Shown here in pieces: positions 18,090-29,259 of a stretch of DNA of 64,000 nucleotides (position 1 is the first letter of the stretch; the number at the start of each line of letters is the position of its first letter). A program made the position numbers and the translations under genes. Under the pieces are notes generated by a model. That model did no database searches. It was not told where the DNA came from and worked only from the letters and a program-made list of their open reading frames with translations. Origin of the DNA: Planctomycetota bacterium (lineage in GTDB: Bacteria; Planctomycetota; Phycisphaerae; WQYP01); contig JAKAVA010000041.1 of NCBI GenBank assembly GCA_021827645.1, positions 2,076-66,075 on the forward strand. The letters are read 5' to 3'.

Positions 18090-19802
18090 TCACGCCGCCG
18101 GGGCCGTGTGGCTGCGTCCGATCGGCTGGCGAATTTCACGCGCGGAAAAAACGGCCTTCCGCCCGGAGAGTTTCTCCAGCATATCCGCTTTCTGCCGCGC
18201 CGCCCAAAGTTCAAGTTCCGGATCGCTTCGATGGCGGATGGTGAAATGCACACTCCGGCGGTCGGCAGAACATTGAACGTGATCCACACATTGATAGTGT
18301 CCCCGATCCAGCGCCTCGGCGATGCGCAGTATTGCGGCGAGATTTTCCACCACGTCGCGTTCATCCGGCGTCAGCGCCATGTACGGTTCGTGGCTTTTTT
18401 TGGGCATGCTCCGCCGATGGTAGCGGGCGGTAACCGCCATGATGTCAATTTCCTGCGGCGAAAAGCCCGCTAAATCGCCATTTTTGATCAGATACCAGGA
18501 ATGCTTATGGTGTCCCGAATGGCCGATATGCCACCCGACATCATGAAGCATGGCGGCATATTCCAGCAATTCCCGGTACCGACGGTCCAGGCGGTGAACT
18601 CGCTCAAGCTGATCAAATATCGATACCGCCAACTTCGCCACATGGCGGGCATGGGCTTCGTCAAAATTGCAGCGCCGCCCCAATTCCACGACATTCCGTC
18701 GTCGCGGGTCCATGATCTCAACCGACAGACGCACCTTCGGCCAGTGGGTCTGCATATAGTCGATGATCATCCCCTCGCGCATGGCACGGTCGGAAATCTC
18801 GATTCGATTGATCTTGAATTGATCAAACAGATATTCAACAAGAACGCATCCGGCGACGATCTGAAATGCTCGTGCCGGGTCCAAACCCGGAATGAATTCC
18901 CGCTGGCGCATCGACATTCGGGTGACGCGGCGATAAATCAGATCAAAATCCTCGCGGGTAATCACGCCGGCCACCCGGCCGCGAGCCGCCTGCTGGCCGT
19001 GGAGGGCCGCGCACATGGAGGCGATGTTTTCCATCGTTCCGGAAGTGCCGACATACTGTCGTGGCTGTAATGCCTTGATGCGCTTGACCAGTGGGGAAAG
19101 AATTTTATGAATATGTTTTCGCAGGCGCTTGATCTGCGATTTTGCCGGAGGGTCCGCAGACAGGAATGCCTGAGTGAGGCGGCTGGCACCAAGCTTACGG
19201 CTCTCAAGCATCAGCGGTTTTTCATACTGGGCGAAAATGAATTCAGCCGAGCCGCCGCCGATATCTACCACCAATGCCGTACCGAGATCAAAATTAATGG
19301 CTTGGCGGACGGCCAGATAAATCAGGCGTGCTTCCTCCTGACTGGAGATGATCCGCACATCAAGACCGAGTTGCTCTTTGACCAATTGAATAAAATCGCC
19401 GCCATTGACGCTCTCGCGCACCGCACTGGTGGCAAATGCCAGTACCTGATCGCATTCAAAGCTCTGCGCCACGCGCAGGTATCGCCCCAGAACCGTCACG
19501 GTGTGATTCATGGCGGACCGCGTCAGAACGTGTTTGACCAGTGCATCCCGCCCCAGTTGCGTCAGTTCCTTCTGAGAACTGAGCGTGCGGAACGTCAATC
19601 CGGCGGTAACTTCCACTATCACCATATGCAGAGAGTTGGTGCCGATGTCGATGGCGCAGAGACGAAGCCCATGCGGGCTGCCGGATGTGGTTGGTTTTGC
19701 GGCGGGTAAATTGCGGGACGGCGGTCGGGTTGTCCTGCGGCGACGCCCTGTGCCTGCGAGCGGCTGCCGGAAAACCTTAACAATTGCGCGGGACTTTACC
19801 AT
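18090..19802 (-). CDS. ppx: Exopolyphosphatase / guanosine pentaphosphate phosphohydrolase (Ppx/GppA) with a C-terminal HD domain
   Basis: AIDIGTNSLHMVIVEV and DIGGGSAEF are Ppx/GppA ASKHA-fold motifs. The C-terminal HD domain has …HDVGWHIGHSGHHKHSWYLI…. The first roughly 45 aa (R/P/T-rich) may not be translated, since the ORF track starts at 19802. Confidence 0.8.
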   Translation of the reverse strand: MVKSRAIVKVFRQPLAGTGRRRRTTRPPSRNLPAAKPTTSGSPHGLRLCAIDIGTNSLHMVIVEVTAGLTFRTLSSQKELTQLGRDALVKHVLTRSAMNHTVTVLGRYLRVAQSFECDQVLAFATSAVRESVNGGDFIQLVKEQLGLDVRIISSQEEARLIYLAVRQAINFDLGTALVVDIGGGSAEFIFAQYEKPLMLESRKLGASRLTQAFLSADPPAKSQIKRLRKHIHKILSPLVKRIKALQPRQYVGTSGTMENIASMCAALHGQQAARGRVAGVITREDFDLIYRRVTRMSMRQREFIPGLDPARAFQIVAGCVLVEYLFDQFKINRIEISDRAMREGMIIDYMQTHWPKVRLSVEIMDPRRRNVVELGRRCNFDEAHARHVAKLAVSIFDQLERVHRLDRRYRELLEYAAMLHDVGWHIGHSGHHKHSWYLIKNGDLAGFSPQEIDIMAVTARYHRRSMPKKSHEPYMALTPDERDVVENLAAILRIAEALDRGHYQCVDHVQCSADRRSVHFTIRHRSDPELELWAARQKADMLEKLSGRKAVFSAREIRQPIGRSHTAPAA

Positions 19803-19858
19803 CGTTCATGATTATGCTGCGGCGGGTGGAAGTTGTCTAACCATAAGCAGATGGACCG

Positions 19859-20755
19859 ATGAGCAGCCGCATGTCTCCCATTTCCCACATCGCAGCAGCC
19901 CATCCGCCCTCGCTGAACGATATTGAGCTTGATTCCCGCAGCCTTTCTCCAAGGCACATGCGGCAGATCACCGACCATCTCTACCGGCGGCTGTCACTGA
20001 TGCGCGGATATCTTCTCGCAGTTCACGCCGAACCCGGCGAGCGGGTTATCCATGATCTGCGCGTCGCGACCCGTCGCACGACCGAAGCTCTCGCCCTGCT
20101 TGCCGCCGCCGGCAGCATACCGCACCGCCGCGCCGGTCATTGTGTCCGACGCCTGCGTGATTTGCGCCGGGCTGCCGGTCGCGTCCGTGATATTGATGTC
20201 TTCCTGCAGAATCTGCAGGCAACCGGCCGTAAGAAGGCGGATATCGATGTTGCTCGCCACCGACAGCTCATTCGAGCGCTTCGGAAAGAACGGCGGGAGG
20301 TTTCGCAATTACTGAATCGTCATTGGAAGCAGGCGGCGGCAGACGCGGAACTTCATCGGGTGGTTGACAGCACCCGCGCTCTGGACCTGCATGTTGATCC
20401 GAAAATGGTTGAAGAGGCGATCCGCTCGCGGCTCGCCTGGCACCGGCGGCGATTCAACCGGCGATCCCGGCGGTCGTATCTGCGGCCCACCCCGCATCAT
20501 ATTCACCGCACGCGTATTGCCGGCAAGCAGTGGCGCTATCTGCTGGAATTCATGCACGCCATCCATGCTGCGCCGGAAGCTCAATTGGACAGAGTGTTGC
20601 GGCGTCTCAAGGCGTTTCAAAAAGCCGCCGGCGAGCTTCAGGATACGGTTTCTCTGCAATCCCGCCTTCACACATCTGCGGAAGATATCCAGTCGCTGCC
20701 GCAGGTACAGCGCCGTATCCGCGCGGCCCTTAAGGCGATGCAGGCTCTGCAGTGA
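19859..20755 (+). CDS. CHAD domain protein
   Basis: …IHDLRVATRRTTEALALL… is a CHAD signature. The protein is Arg-rich and helical and is divergent from ppx/gppA. Confidence 0.65.
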   Translation: MSSRMSPISHIAAAHPPSLNDIELDSRSLSPRHMRQITDHLYRRLSLMRGYLLAVHAEPGERVIHDLRVATRRTTEALALLAAAGSIPHRRAGHCVRRLRDLRRAAGRVRDIDVFLQNLQATGRKKADIDVARHRQLIRALRKERREVSQLLNRHWKQAAADAELHRVVDSTRALDLHVDPKMVEEAIRSRLAWHRRRFNRRSRRSYLRPTPHHIHRTRIAGKQWRYLLEFMHAIHAAPEAQLDRVLRRLKAFQKAAGELQDTVSLQSRLHTSAEDIQSLPQVQRRIRAALKAMQALQ

Positions 20756-20779
20756 TGTGTCGCAGGTTGCAATGGAGCT

Positions 20780-22762
20780 TTATCGATGCGTCGGTGAGCC
20801 TTTTTCCGCGGCGCTTTCCACACGCAGCCTGAGGTGCTCAATCGCCTGCAAAATCTCCTTCGCCACCTCGCGCAGATGTTCCCGGGAAGAAGAGTCCTTA
20901 TCGTATCGATCAAAATGGATCGGCGATCCGAAATGTATCACCACCCGCGCGGGCTTTAATAAGTCGTGCAGTACCGATCGGTGCGGATAGGTACCTGAAA
21001 TGTATACTGGAACCACCGGCGCTCCGGTCCGGGCTGCAAGCATCGCGGCCGCAAGTTGAGGCTCGCCCCCCGCCGGCCCATAACCTGTCGATATCTCCGG
21101 AAAAAGACCCACGACATGTCCATGATTCAGTGCCCGCAGTGCCTGGCGCAGGCTCTTGCCGCGTGCTCCCTGCCGATTGATGGAGATGCACCCAAGGAGC
21201 CCGAATATCTGCCGTAAAATCGGAAGCCGGAAATATTTCTCCTCCATCATCAGACGAACCAGTCGTCGCTTGCTGCTGATGGCGACCGCGAGAGTCTGCA
21301 GAGCACCGCCGTGATCGCCCACCACAATGGCCGGCCCGTGAACCGGAATGCGGCAGGCGTTGGCCCGGCGCCAGCGGTGTACCACCTGCATATAAGCGGC
21401 GACCAGACGCCGGGCGGCGGCGGCTGGCAGAGGCAAGGGTTGCCGACGGTAGTAGATAATCAGCAAAAATACGCCGATGGCCAGAATCGCGGTTCCGACA
21501 CCGAGAATGATCGACATTAAAAAGGCGTCCACCTTCGGCCAGAATGCAATCGGTACGGTTGGCAGAAGCAGACCGAAGGTTGTAAGCATATCCCGAGCTC
21601 CCATCACACGCCCTCTCACCCAGTCGGGCACCACGCGCTGCAGCAACGTGTCCACGGTGATGAACATCACCGCTCCGAACGATGCGCTGAGTGTCAGCCA
21701 GATCAGAAACGTCTCCCAGTGCGACGCCTGCCCGGCCATCAGGATCCCTGCGCCAATAGCGACCGTCGCCCAACCGATGCCCACTTCCTTCGGGATTCCA
21801 TTTCGCGCCCGGCTTACCGCCGCCGCCCCGACAATCATCCCGATCCCGGCAACCCCCATGAAATAGGCAAAATCACTGGCGGTAAGATGAAAACGTGACG
21901 TGACAATCGCCGGCATGCAGTTGAGAATGACTGAACTGGCGGTAAAAAAAAGTACCTCCAGCGTTATGGCCTGCAGTGGATGTTTATGGCATCGCAGATA
22001 ATGCCATGCACTGGTGAGTTCCTTGATCAATCCGGGATGCGTATGCCCCTTGACCGGTTCGGGCCGATCCATACCGGGTTGCAGCTTCATCGAAAAAACC
22101 GCCGTTGCCGACATCAGATAGGTCGCGGCATCTGCGTACATCGCCACCTGAAGGCCGTAATGCCAGTAGTGGCCCAATGTGATGAGGACTCCGCCGAGCA
22201 CAAAGCCCGCCAGCGTGCTGATCGTACCCGCCACCGAAAGAATGGAATTCGCCTGGAGCAGTTCCCGCGGATGGACCAGATTCGGAACGATGGCGGCACG
22301 CGCAGGAGAGAATATTTCTCCGAAGCTTGAGAGAATCACTTCGGAACCGAAAAGCAGCACCAGCAGTTCCCACACCGGCAGACTGCTGTGATAGGCGGCC
22401 ACCAGCAGTACCGTTCGGGCGATGATCACAATGACAAAACGTGTCAGATCGCAGCCGATCATCACCCATCGTCGGGGCAGCCGGTCGGATATGGCGCCGC
22501 CGATCGGTGCCAGCATGAGAAACGGGATGAACATGGCGATATTAAGCTGGGCCGAGTGCTGAGCGCTTTCCGTTTTATCGTGCAGAATCACATAGCACAT
22601 CAGTGCCAGCATGACCAGATAATGAATCCGATCGCCGACCACCGACACCACGTAGGCCGTCGCAAGCAGAAAAAAGTTTCGATTGCGCCAAAGCGGCGGG
22701 AAGTGCATCAGAAGGGGGGTATCATCAGCCGTGGATTGTGCCGCAATGGATTGCTTCATCAC
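20780..22762 (-). CDS. Fusion protein: MFS transporter (LplT-like) N-domain plus lysophospholipid/1-acylglycerol-3-phosphate acyltransferase-like C-domain
   Basis: The N-terminal roughly 430 aa has 12 TM segments and an MFS pattern. The C-terminal roughly 220 aa carries PlsC-family motifs (…VVGLFPEISTG…, …APVVPVYISG…). The HxxxxD motif I is atypical (GDHGGALQ). Confidence 0.6.
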   Translation of the reverse strand: MMKQSIAAQSTADDTPLLMHFPPLWRNRNFFLLATAYVVSVVGDRIHYLVMLALMCYVILHDKTESAQHSAQLNIAMFIPFLMLAPIGGAISDRLPRRWVMIGCDLTRFVIVIIARTVLLVAAYHSSLPVWELLVLLFGSEVILSSFGEIFSPARAAIVPNLVHPRELLQANSILSVAGTISTLAGFVLGGVLITLGHYWHYGLQVAMYADAATYLMSATAVFSMKLQPGMDRPEPVKGHTHPGLIKELTSAWHYLRCHKHPLQAITLEVLFFTASSVILNCMPAIVTSRFHLTASDFAYFMGVAGIGMIVGAAAVSRARNGIPKEVGIGWATVAIGAGILMAGQASHWETFLIWLTLSASFGAVMFITVDTLLQRVVPDWVRGRVMGARDMLTTFGLLLPTVPIAFWPKVDAFLMSIILGVGTAILAIGVFLLIIYYRRQPLPLPAAAARRLVAAYMQVVHRWRRANACRIPVHGPAIVVGDHGGALQTLAVAISSKRRLVRLMMEEKYFRLPILRQIFGLLGCISINRQGARGKSLRQALRALNHGHVVGLFPEISTGYGPAGGEPQLAAAMLAARTGAPVVPVYISGTYPHRSVLHDLLKPARVVIHFGSPIHFDRYDKDSSSREHLREVAKEILQAIEHLRLRVESAAEKGSPTHR

Positions 22763-22863
22763 GCCTTTTTATTTTCTACAACTACCTGTCATTATCTGCC
22801 GCCATGCAGAATTACATGGAAGTTATATCACATGCGGCGGGTTCATGGCAGGGGGGTGATGAA

Positions 22864-23811
22864 TTATCGCAAAAGCCGGAGTTTATCCATAATTTCCGCT
22901 GCTCCTCGACGCTGGAGTGTTTCCAACAGTAATTTCAAAGACGCTGCATCGGGAAGGGCTTCTTCGCCCATGATCGCCGCCCGTGCCATCTCACTGCCGT
23001 CGGGAAGTGCGATCAGAGCGCGAAATATCCACCCCTTGGAACCTGGATGATCCAGATGCCGGGGCCGGGCAAGCACGCCGATCGGCGCCAGGCAGTCACC
23101 TGCCAGCGATTCCACCACTTTTCGTTCAAACTCCAGGGCCGCTCCAGTATGGCCGTCATGAATCGCTTCGGCAGCAAGTTGAGTGGTCCGATCGTCATCG
23201 CGGCACTCCAATGCCAGCGTCCCCTGACCCACGGCCGGAATGAATTCATCCAGCGGTAATGCGACAGCAGTCTTCGGCAGTAGCCCGGTGCGATCCAATC
23301 CCGCTTTAGCGAGAAAAGTTCCCGCAACAACGCCTCGGTTGACCTTGTCCAGTCGGGTGTCAATATTTCCGCGCAGCGGTTCGATACGCAGGTCGGGGCG
23401 CTTTGCACGCAATTGGGCCGCTCGGCGCAGCGAAGTGGTCCCCACCACGGCGCTGTGTGGCAGTTCCGCGATGGCCATGCCGTTAAACCCTATCCATACA
23501 TCATGCGGATCGGCTCGCAGCGGTGTAGCGACCAATTTTAATCCGTCCGCCTGTCCAACCGGCAGGTCTTTGGCTGAATGGACGGCCAGATCAATGCGTT
23601 TCTCCATCAGGGCCTGCTGCAACTCTTTTACAAAGAGGCCTTTGCCGCCTGCATTCTGCAGCGGGCCTTCGCGGTGGCGATCACCGGAAGTGGTAATGGT
23701 GATCAGTTCGGTTTGCAGACCGGGATTAGCTCTCGCCAACGCGTCCGCAACCATCTGTGTCTGAGTTTTAGCAAGCAAACTTCCGCGAGTGCCAATTCGT
23801 AAAATCGCCAT
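22864..23811 (-). CDS. hemC: Hydroxymethylbilane synthase (porphobilinogen deaminase)
   Basis: LRIGTRGSLLAKTQT…GGKGLFVKELQQAL…DLAVHSAKDLP is the HemC signature. The start is probably the Met at 23811, although the ORF track starts at 23832. Confidence 0.9.
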   Translation of the reverse strand: MAILRIGTRGSLLAKTQTQMVADALARANPGLQTELITITTSGDRHREGPLQNAGGKGLFVKELQQALMEKRIDLAVHSAKDLPVGQADGLKLVATPLRADPHDVWIGFNGMAIAELPHSAVVGTTSLRRAAQLRAKRPDLRIEPLRGNIDTRLDKVNRGVVAGTFLAKAGLDRTGLLPKTAVALPLDEFIPAVGQGTLALECRDDDRTTQLAAEAIHDGHTGAALEFERKVVESLAGDCLAPIGVLARPRHLDHPGSKGWIFRALIALPDGSEMARAAIMGEEALPDAASLKLLLETLQRRGAAEIMDKLRLLR

Positions 23812-23937
23812 GTGCCTCCCGGGCCGGATCAAACGTCAATGCTGAGAGTATAAACTCGTATCCGTTGCAAACCAGTTCTCACAACTCGACAAACGAGGGT
23901 TACCCCGCCGTTTGCGTCCCCGAAAGGATTCAGCAAC

Positions 23938-25116
23938 TCAACGGCTTGGGACCGCATGCGCCTGATACGCCGCTTCGTAGCGGGTCGACAGGTATTCCCA
24001 GTTAAAGCGCTCTTTCCACGCCTGATACCCGTGATCCGCCATCACAGAGCGGCGCGCCGGGTCGGCGAGAAGTTCTTCGATACCTCGCGTAAGGTCGGCG
24101 ATGTTACATTGACAGTATCCCGGCGGTGCACCCGGCTTCTGATGCGTCGGCAGAATCAGCCCGCTGCCGCTCCATCCGGCGATTTCCCGGCTGTTTCCCA
24201 CGTCATTGGCGATAAACGGAGTTCGAGAAGCCATCGCTTCGAAAAGCACCAGCGGCGAACATTCAATGTTGGATGGAAACACAAACAAATCCGCGGCGTG
24301 ATATGCGGCAATCACATCGGGGCGGGGGGGATCCAGCAGCAATACCCGCTTCCTGCCCAAAGATTTCAGGCGTATCCACTTGGATTGCGCGATATCTCGC
24401 GGCAGACATCCCAGCGAGGCATTCGTATTGCCGATGATCACCAGCACGGCCGGCCCGATTTTCGCTGCCGCCAGTGCCGCGATTGCCTCGGTGTGCCCTT
24501 TCCAGCAGGTGTGAGAACCGACGGTAAGGAGCATCAGTGCTTTTTCAGCAATACCGTGGCGGGCGCGGAAAGATTTGTCCACATGGCTGAATTCCTCCGC
24601 CGATGCCCCGTTGGGAATCACCTCCATATTCGCCAGGCCGTGGGATCGGCAGAATTCAATGTCGCGGTAAGATTCAGAATGGAAAATAAGATGATCATAT
24701 TTCCGCAATATTGCCGGCAGATCGGCGAAATACTGTCGGTAGGCCGGATCATAGAGGCCGGAAAATCCGCACGGTGAAAGTACCTTTCGGCAAGGTATCT
24801 GATCGAGCACCGGAAACAGTGCGTCGGTCGCCCACTGCTGGGCCGCATAGGACATGACCACATCAAAGCCGCCGTCGATAATATATTTCTGATACCGCTC
24901 AATTTCGCCTGACATGCCGCGCACGGCATTGCCCCTGCAGTCAAATTCCTCAATCCGCACGCCGTTGATCACTTTTTCCGTTCTCTCGGGACAGGCGGTG
25001 GTTGCGACGGTGACTTCATGACCGTGCTGCACCATGAGCTGCGAAAGCTGCCGGACAACTTCCTGGGCTCCACCCGTGCGGGGATGGTAAAATTCAACTG
25101 TATGGACAATACGCAT
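23938..25116 (-). CDS. Glycosyltransferase family 4 (GT-B fold)
   Basis: The N-terminus MRIVHTVEFYHPRTGGAQEVVRQL… is GT4-like. The C-terminal EX7E-like region has …GLILPTHQKPG…. Confidence 0.7.
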   Translation of the reverse strand: MRIVHTVEFYHPRTGGAQEVVRQLSQLMVQHGHEVTVATTACPERTEKVINGVRIEEFDCRGNAVRGMSGEIERYQKYIIDGGFDVVMSYAAQQWATDALFPVLDQIPCRKVLSPCGFSGLYDPAYRQYFADLPAILRKYDHLIFHSESYRDIEFCRSHGLANMEVIPNGASAEEFSHVDKSFRARHGIAEKALMLLTVGSHTCWKGHTEAIAALAAAKIGPAVLVIIGNTNASLGCLPRDIAQSKWIRLKSLGRKRVLLLDPPRPDVIAAYHAADLFVFPSNIECSPLVLFEAMASRTPFIANDVGNSREIAGWSGSGLILPTHQKPGAPPGYCQCNIADLTRGIEELLADPARRSVMADHGYQAWKERFNWEYLSTRYEAAYQAHAVPSR

Positions 25117-25161
25117 GTGTGCCCTTGGGCCGGTACCCGGATATCCGGCCGCCGCCCGCCG

Positions 25162-25641
25162 TCATAACACCGTAATGGAATTGATTTTGGGAGCCTGGGC
25201 CGGTTGGCCGGTCTGGCTGTTGCGCAGGGGAACCGCGGCGATTTTGTCGACGACTTCAATGCCCGAGACGACTTGGCCGAAACAGGTGTATTGTCCGTCC
25301 AGATGCGGCGCGGCCTGATGCATGATGAAGAACTGGCTGCCGGCGGAGTTCGGATCCTGCGAACGCGCCATGCTGATGACACCGCGAGTATGTTTACGAT
25401 TGCTGAATTCCGCCTTGATGTGGTATCCCGGTCCGCCGGTACCCGTCCCCTGCGGACATCCCCCCTGAATCATGAAGCCCGGAATGATGCGGTGAAACGT
25501 CAGGCCGTTGTAAAACCCCTTTTTCGCCAGTTTGACAAAATTATCAACGGTCCCGGGGGCCACGTCCGGCCACATTTCAACGGTTATGTCTCCATGCTCG
25601 GTCGATACTTTCAGTTGCTGCGCTTTAACGGGCTCTGCCAT
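25162..25641 (-). CDS. ppiB: Peptidyl-prolyl cis-trans isomerase, cyclophilin type
   Basis: FHRIIPGFMIQGGCPQGTGTGGPGY is a cyclophilin signature. Confidence 0.9.
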   Translation of the reverse strand: MAEPVKAQQLKVSTEHGDITVEMWPDVAPGTVDNFVKLAKKGFYNGLTFHRIIPGFMIQGGCPQGTGTGGPGYHIKAEFSNRKHTRGVISMARSQDPNSAGSQFFIMHQAAPHLDGQYTCFGQVVSGIEVVDKIAAVPLRNSQTGQPAQAPKINSITVL

Positions 25642-25675
25642 CGTTCATGTCTCCATGCAATAACGTCGTTTCATG

Positions 25676-26371
25676 TTATACCCGTTTCTTACCCGCAGGG
25701 CCAGCCTGGCGCGATCCGCCCAGGAGTTTTGCCGATGGACAGATGTCCGCGAGCTCGCACCCGGCGCAATCGGGGCTCCGCGCCGTACATCGGCGGCGGC
25801 CATGAAAAATCATTAAATGAGACATCAAGGTCCAATCGCGGCGCTCGATGATCTGCATCAGGTCCTGTTCCACCTTCACCGGATCGGTCTGCCGGGTCAA
25901 TCCCAGCCGCCGTGAAAGGCGTCCCACATGCGTGTCAACCACAATCCCCTCATCAATTCCCCAGGCATTGCCCAGCACCACATTGGCAGTTTTACGCCCG
26001 ACGCCGGGCAGGGCGGTAAGTTCCGCCATCGTGGCCGGGACCTTCCCACCATGCTTTTCCACCAGGAGCCGTGCGGTGCGGGAAATGGATCGGGCCTTTG
26101 CCCGGAAAAAACCTGTGCTGCGGATGATCGCTTCAATGTCAGCGACTTGAGCCTGCGCCAGCGCGCGGGCATCAGGGTATGCCGCAAAAAGTTTCGGCGT
26201 CACCTGATTCACCCGCTCATCCGTGCATTGCGCGGAAAGAATGGTGGCAATCAGTAATTCCAGCGGATTGTGATGGACCAATGCACAATGGGCATCGGGA
26301 TAGGTGGATTTAAGAATTGCAACAATCGCAGCGGCATGCTGTCGGCGCTTTTCCAATGACATACGCGGCAT
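25676..26371 (-). CDS. nth: Endonuclease III
   Basis: The HhH-GPD motif LPGVGRKTANVV is present, with a C-terminal [4Fe-4S] Cys cluster CTARSPDCAGCELADIC. Confidence 0.9.
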   Translation of the reverse strand: MPRMSLEKRRQHAAAIVAILKSTYPDAHCALVHHNPLELLIATILSAQCTDERVNQVTPKLFAAYPDARALAQAQVADIEAIIRSTGFFRAKARSISRTARLLVEKHGGKVPATMAELTALPGVGRKTANVVLGNAWGIDEGIVVDTHVGRLSRRLGLTRQTDPVKVEQDLMQIIERRDWTLMSHLMIFHGRRRCTARSPDCAGCELADICPSAKLLGGSRQAGPAGKKRV

Positions 26372-26382
26372 GGCAGTGTCCC

Positions 26383-26976
26383 TTATACGCCCGCGGCTTT
26401 TGCCCGGCTGTCCGTCAGTGTGGCACCCGCCTGCCGTGGCGGTCCCTGCGTCGCCGCCGACACCAGCAGCAGTGCCAGAAGCAGAAACAGTTCCGCTTCT
26501 CCCAGATGTTCTGATTGGGCATGCAGGATTTCAAATTGCTTCCGGTGTGCCGCCGCCTGCGCGGGGTGCCGATCGACATTCTCCACCCACTGCTTGTGTT
26601 CCTGCCAGACCCTTGGGAAAGTGTAGAAACGATCGACGAGTGTTACCGCGGTGATCAGGCAGACCAGAATTACCCGAATCAGATTCCAGAAGTTCTTCCA
26701 CCGCAGATAAAAAACCGTCTGAAACAACACCGCGGCCAGCAGGATACCGGCGCAGGTGAGTTCCACCGGATTGAAAGCCTTGAGAATGTGTCCGAAAACA
26801 TCGCCCGCAAGCTGTTTGGGTTGGTCGAGTGCGGGGCTCATCCCCGGAACGGTGGCGTGAGATTCCGGAATAATCGTGAATATTTCATACGCAGCCAACG
26901 GGCCGAGGATCGCCAGCCCGCCGAAATAGATCGAAAGCGAAAGCCAGAAAAATATCTGCGATATTCGGAATCCCAT
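26383..26976 (-). CDS. Four-TM membrane protein of unknown function (DUF4149/TMEM205-like)
   Basis: The hydrophobic profile shows four TM segments. The start ATG overlaps the stop of the upstream SOUL gene (ATGA). The longer ORF-track N-terminus (27129) would overlap the SOUL CDS in another frame and is probably not used. Confidence 0.5.
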   Translation of the reverse strand: MGFRISQIFFWLSLSIYFGGLAILGPLAAYEIFTIIPESHATVPGMSPALDQPKQLAGDVFGHILKAFNPVELTCAGILLAAVLFQTVFYLRWKNFWNLIRVILVCLITAVTLVDRFYTFPRVWQEHKQWVENVDRHPAQAAAHRKQFEILHAQSEHLGEAELFLLLALLLVSAATQGPPRQAGATLTDSRAKAAGV

Positions 26977-27839
26977 TACCGGGCGCTCCCGGCGGCCGTA
27001 CCGGTTACACGCCTGACCGGAATCTGCACTTCCCCATATTTGAACCAAGGGAGCACAAATGGGCTGTTGTACGCCAGATACCGCGCTTCCCCGTCCGCCT
27101 GATATTCTCCGGCGTGGGCGGCGAGCCACTGCACAACTTTTTTCTCCGCCCGCTCGAATCGCGCTGCCGTGTATTGCCCCCGCACACCGATACTCGCCAC
27201 CAACATCGGTGGTTCATCTTCCACCGTAACCCGCCCGTCCGTGCCATCTTTTCCGATGGTTGGCTTGCCATAGACAAACGCCATCGATGCCATCGATTCC
27301 TTCCCTTTGGCATTCGTGTTGTAAGTCATCACCACCGGGGAACTCATCGCAATATGGTTCGATTCAATATGCCGAAACAGCGGCATGAATAATTCGCCGC
27401 TACCGCTGCGGTCGGCCGTTCTTTTGGTTACCGCAATCCGACACGCGGGATATTGCTTGATGATCACCTCACCGACCGGACCGGGCGGCGGGAAACCTTC
27501 GGGCAAAGGTGCCGACGGACCTGCCACCCACGATGGGGCCGCGACGGTCGGCTTGTGGACGGTTTTATCCGCCGTCGGCGCGGAAGGCGTTGATGCACAC
27601 CCGCCCATCAGCAACGCTGCGCCCGCAGCCATCGCCGCCATCACAGCCATTGGCTGGACCATGGAAAATCCCAGTTGTCGAATCAACTCAATCATCGTCG
27701 CCACCTCATCCATAAAACCAAGATGGAACCAGCGGTGCAGTATCCCATGCATTATAGGGGGCCGCGGGATTAGCGGTGGCGAATCGGCTTGAGCGGCCAC
27801 ACTGCCTCGCAGTCCACCATTTGCTGATCCGATGGGCAT
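26976..27839 (-). CDS. SOUL/HBP family heme-binding lipoprotein
   Basis: A lipoprotein signal MAVMAAMAAGAALLMGGC is present. SOUL-like blocks include VIIKQYPACRIAV, FMPLFRHI, ASIGVRGQY and RYLAYNSP. The true start is probably internal, near 27680-27720. Confidence 0.55.
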   Translation of the reverse strand: MPIGSANGGLRGSVAAQADSPPLIPRPPIMHGILHRWFHLGFMDEVATMIELIRQLGFSMVQPMAVMAAMAAGAALLMGGCASTPSAPTADKTVHKPTVAAPSWVAGPSAPLPEGFPPPGPVGEVIIKQYPACRIAVTKRTADRSGSGELFMPLFRHIESNHIAMSSPVVMTYNTNAKGKESMASMAFVYGKPTIGKDGTDGRVTVEDEPPMLVASIGVRGQYTAARFERAEKKVVQWLAAHAGEYQADGEARYLAYNSPFVLPWFKYGEVQIPVRRVTGTAAGSAR

Positions 27840-27936
27840 GAGTTGCGTACGTCAGCCGTAGCGCCTGCAGTAGACGAGGATGGGGGCCGTTGCTGGAAGC
27901 CCCCATCCATGCAATTTCAGTATGCTGCCAACGGGC

Positions 27937-29259
<1,323 letters not shown>

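Noticed and set aside
20910-21773. A 287-aa minus-strand ORF in another frame inside the MFS-acyltransferase gene
   Set aside because: It is an alternative frame of a coding region with Arg/Gly/Ser low complexity. The annotated frame gives coherent TM helices.
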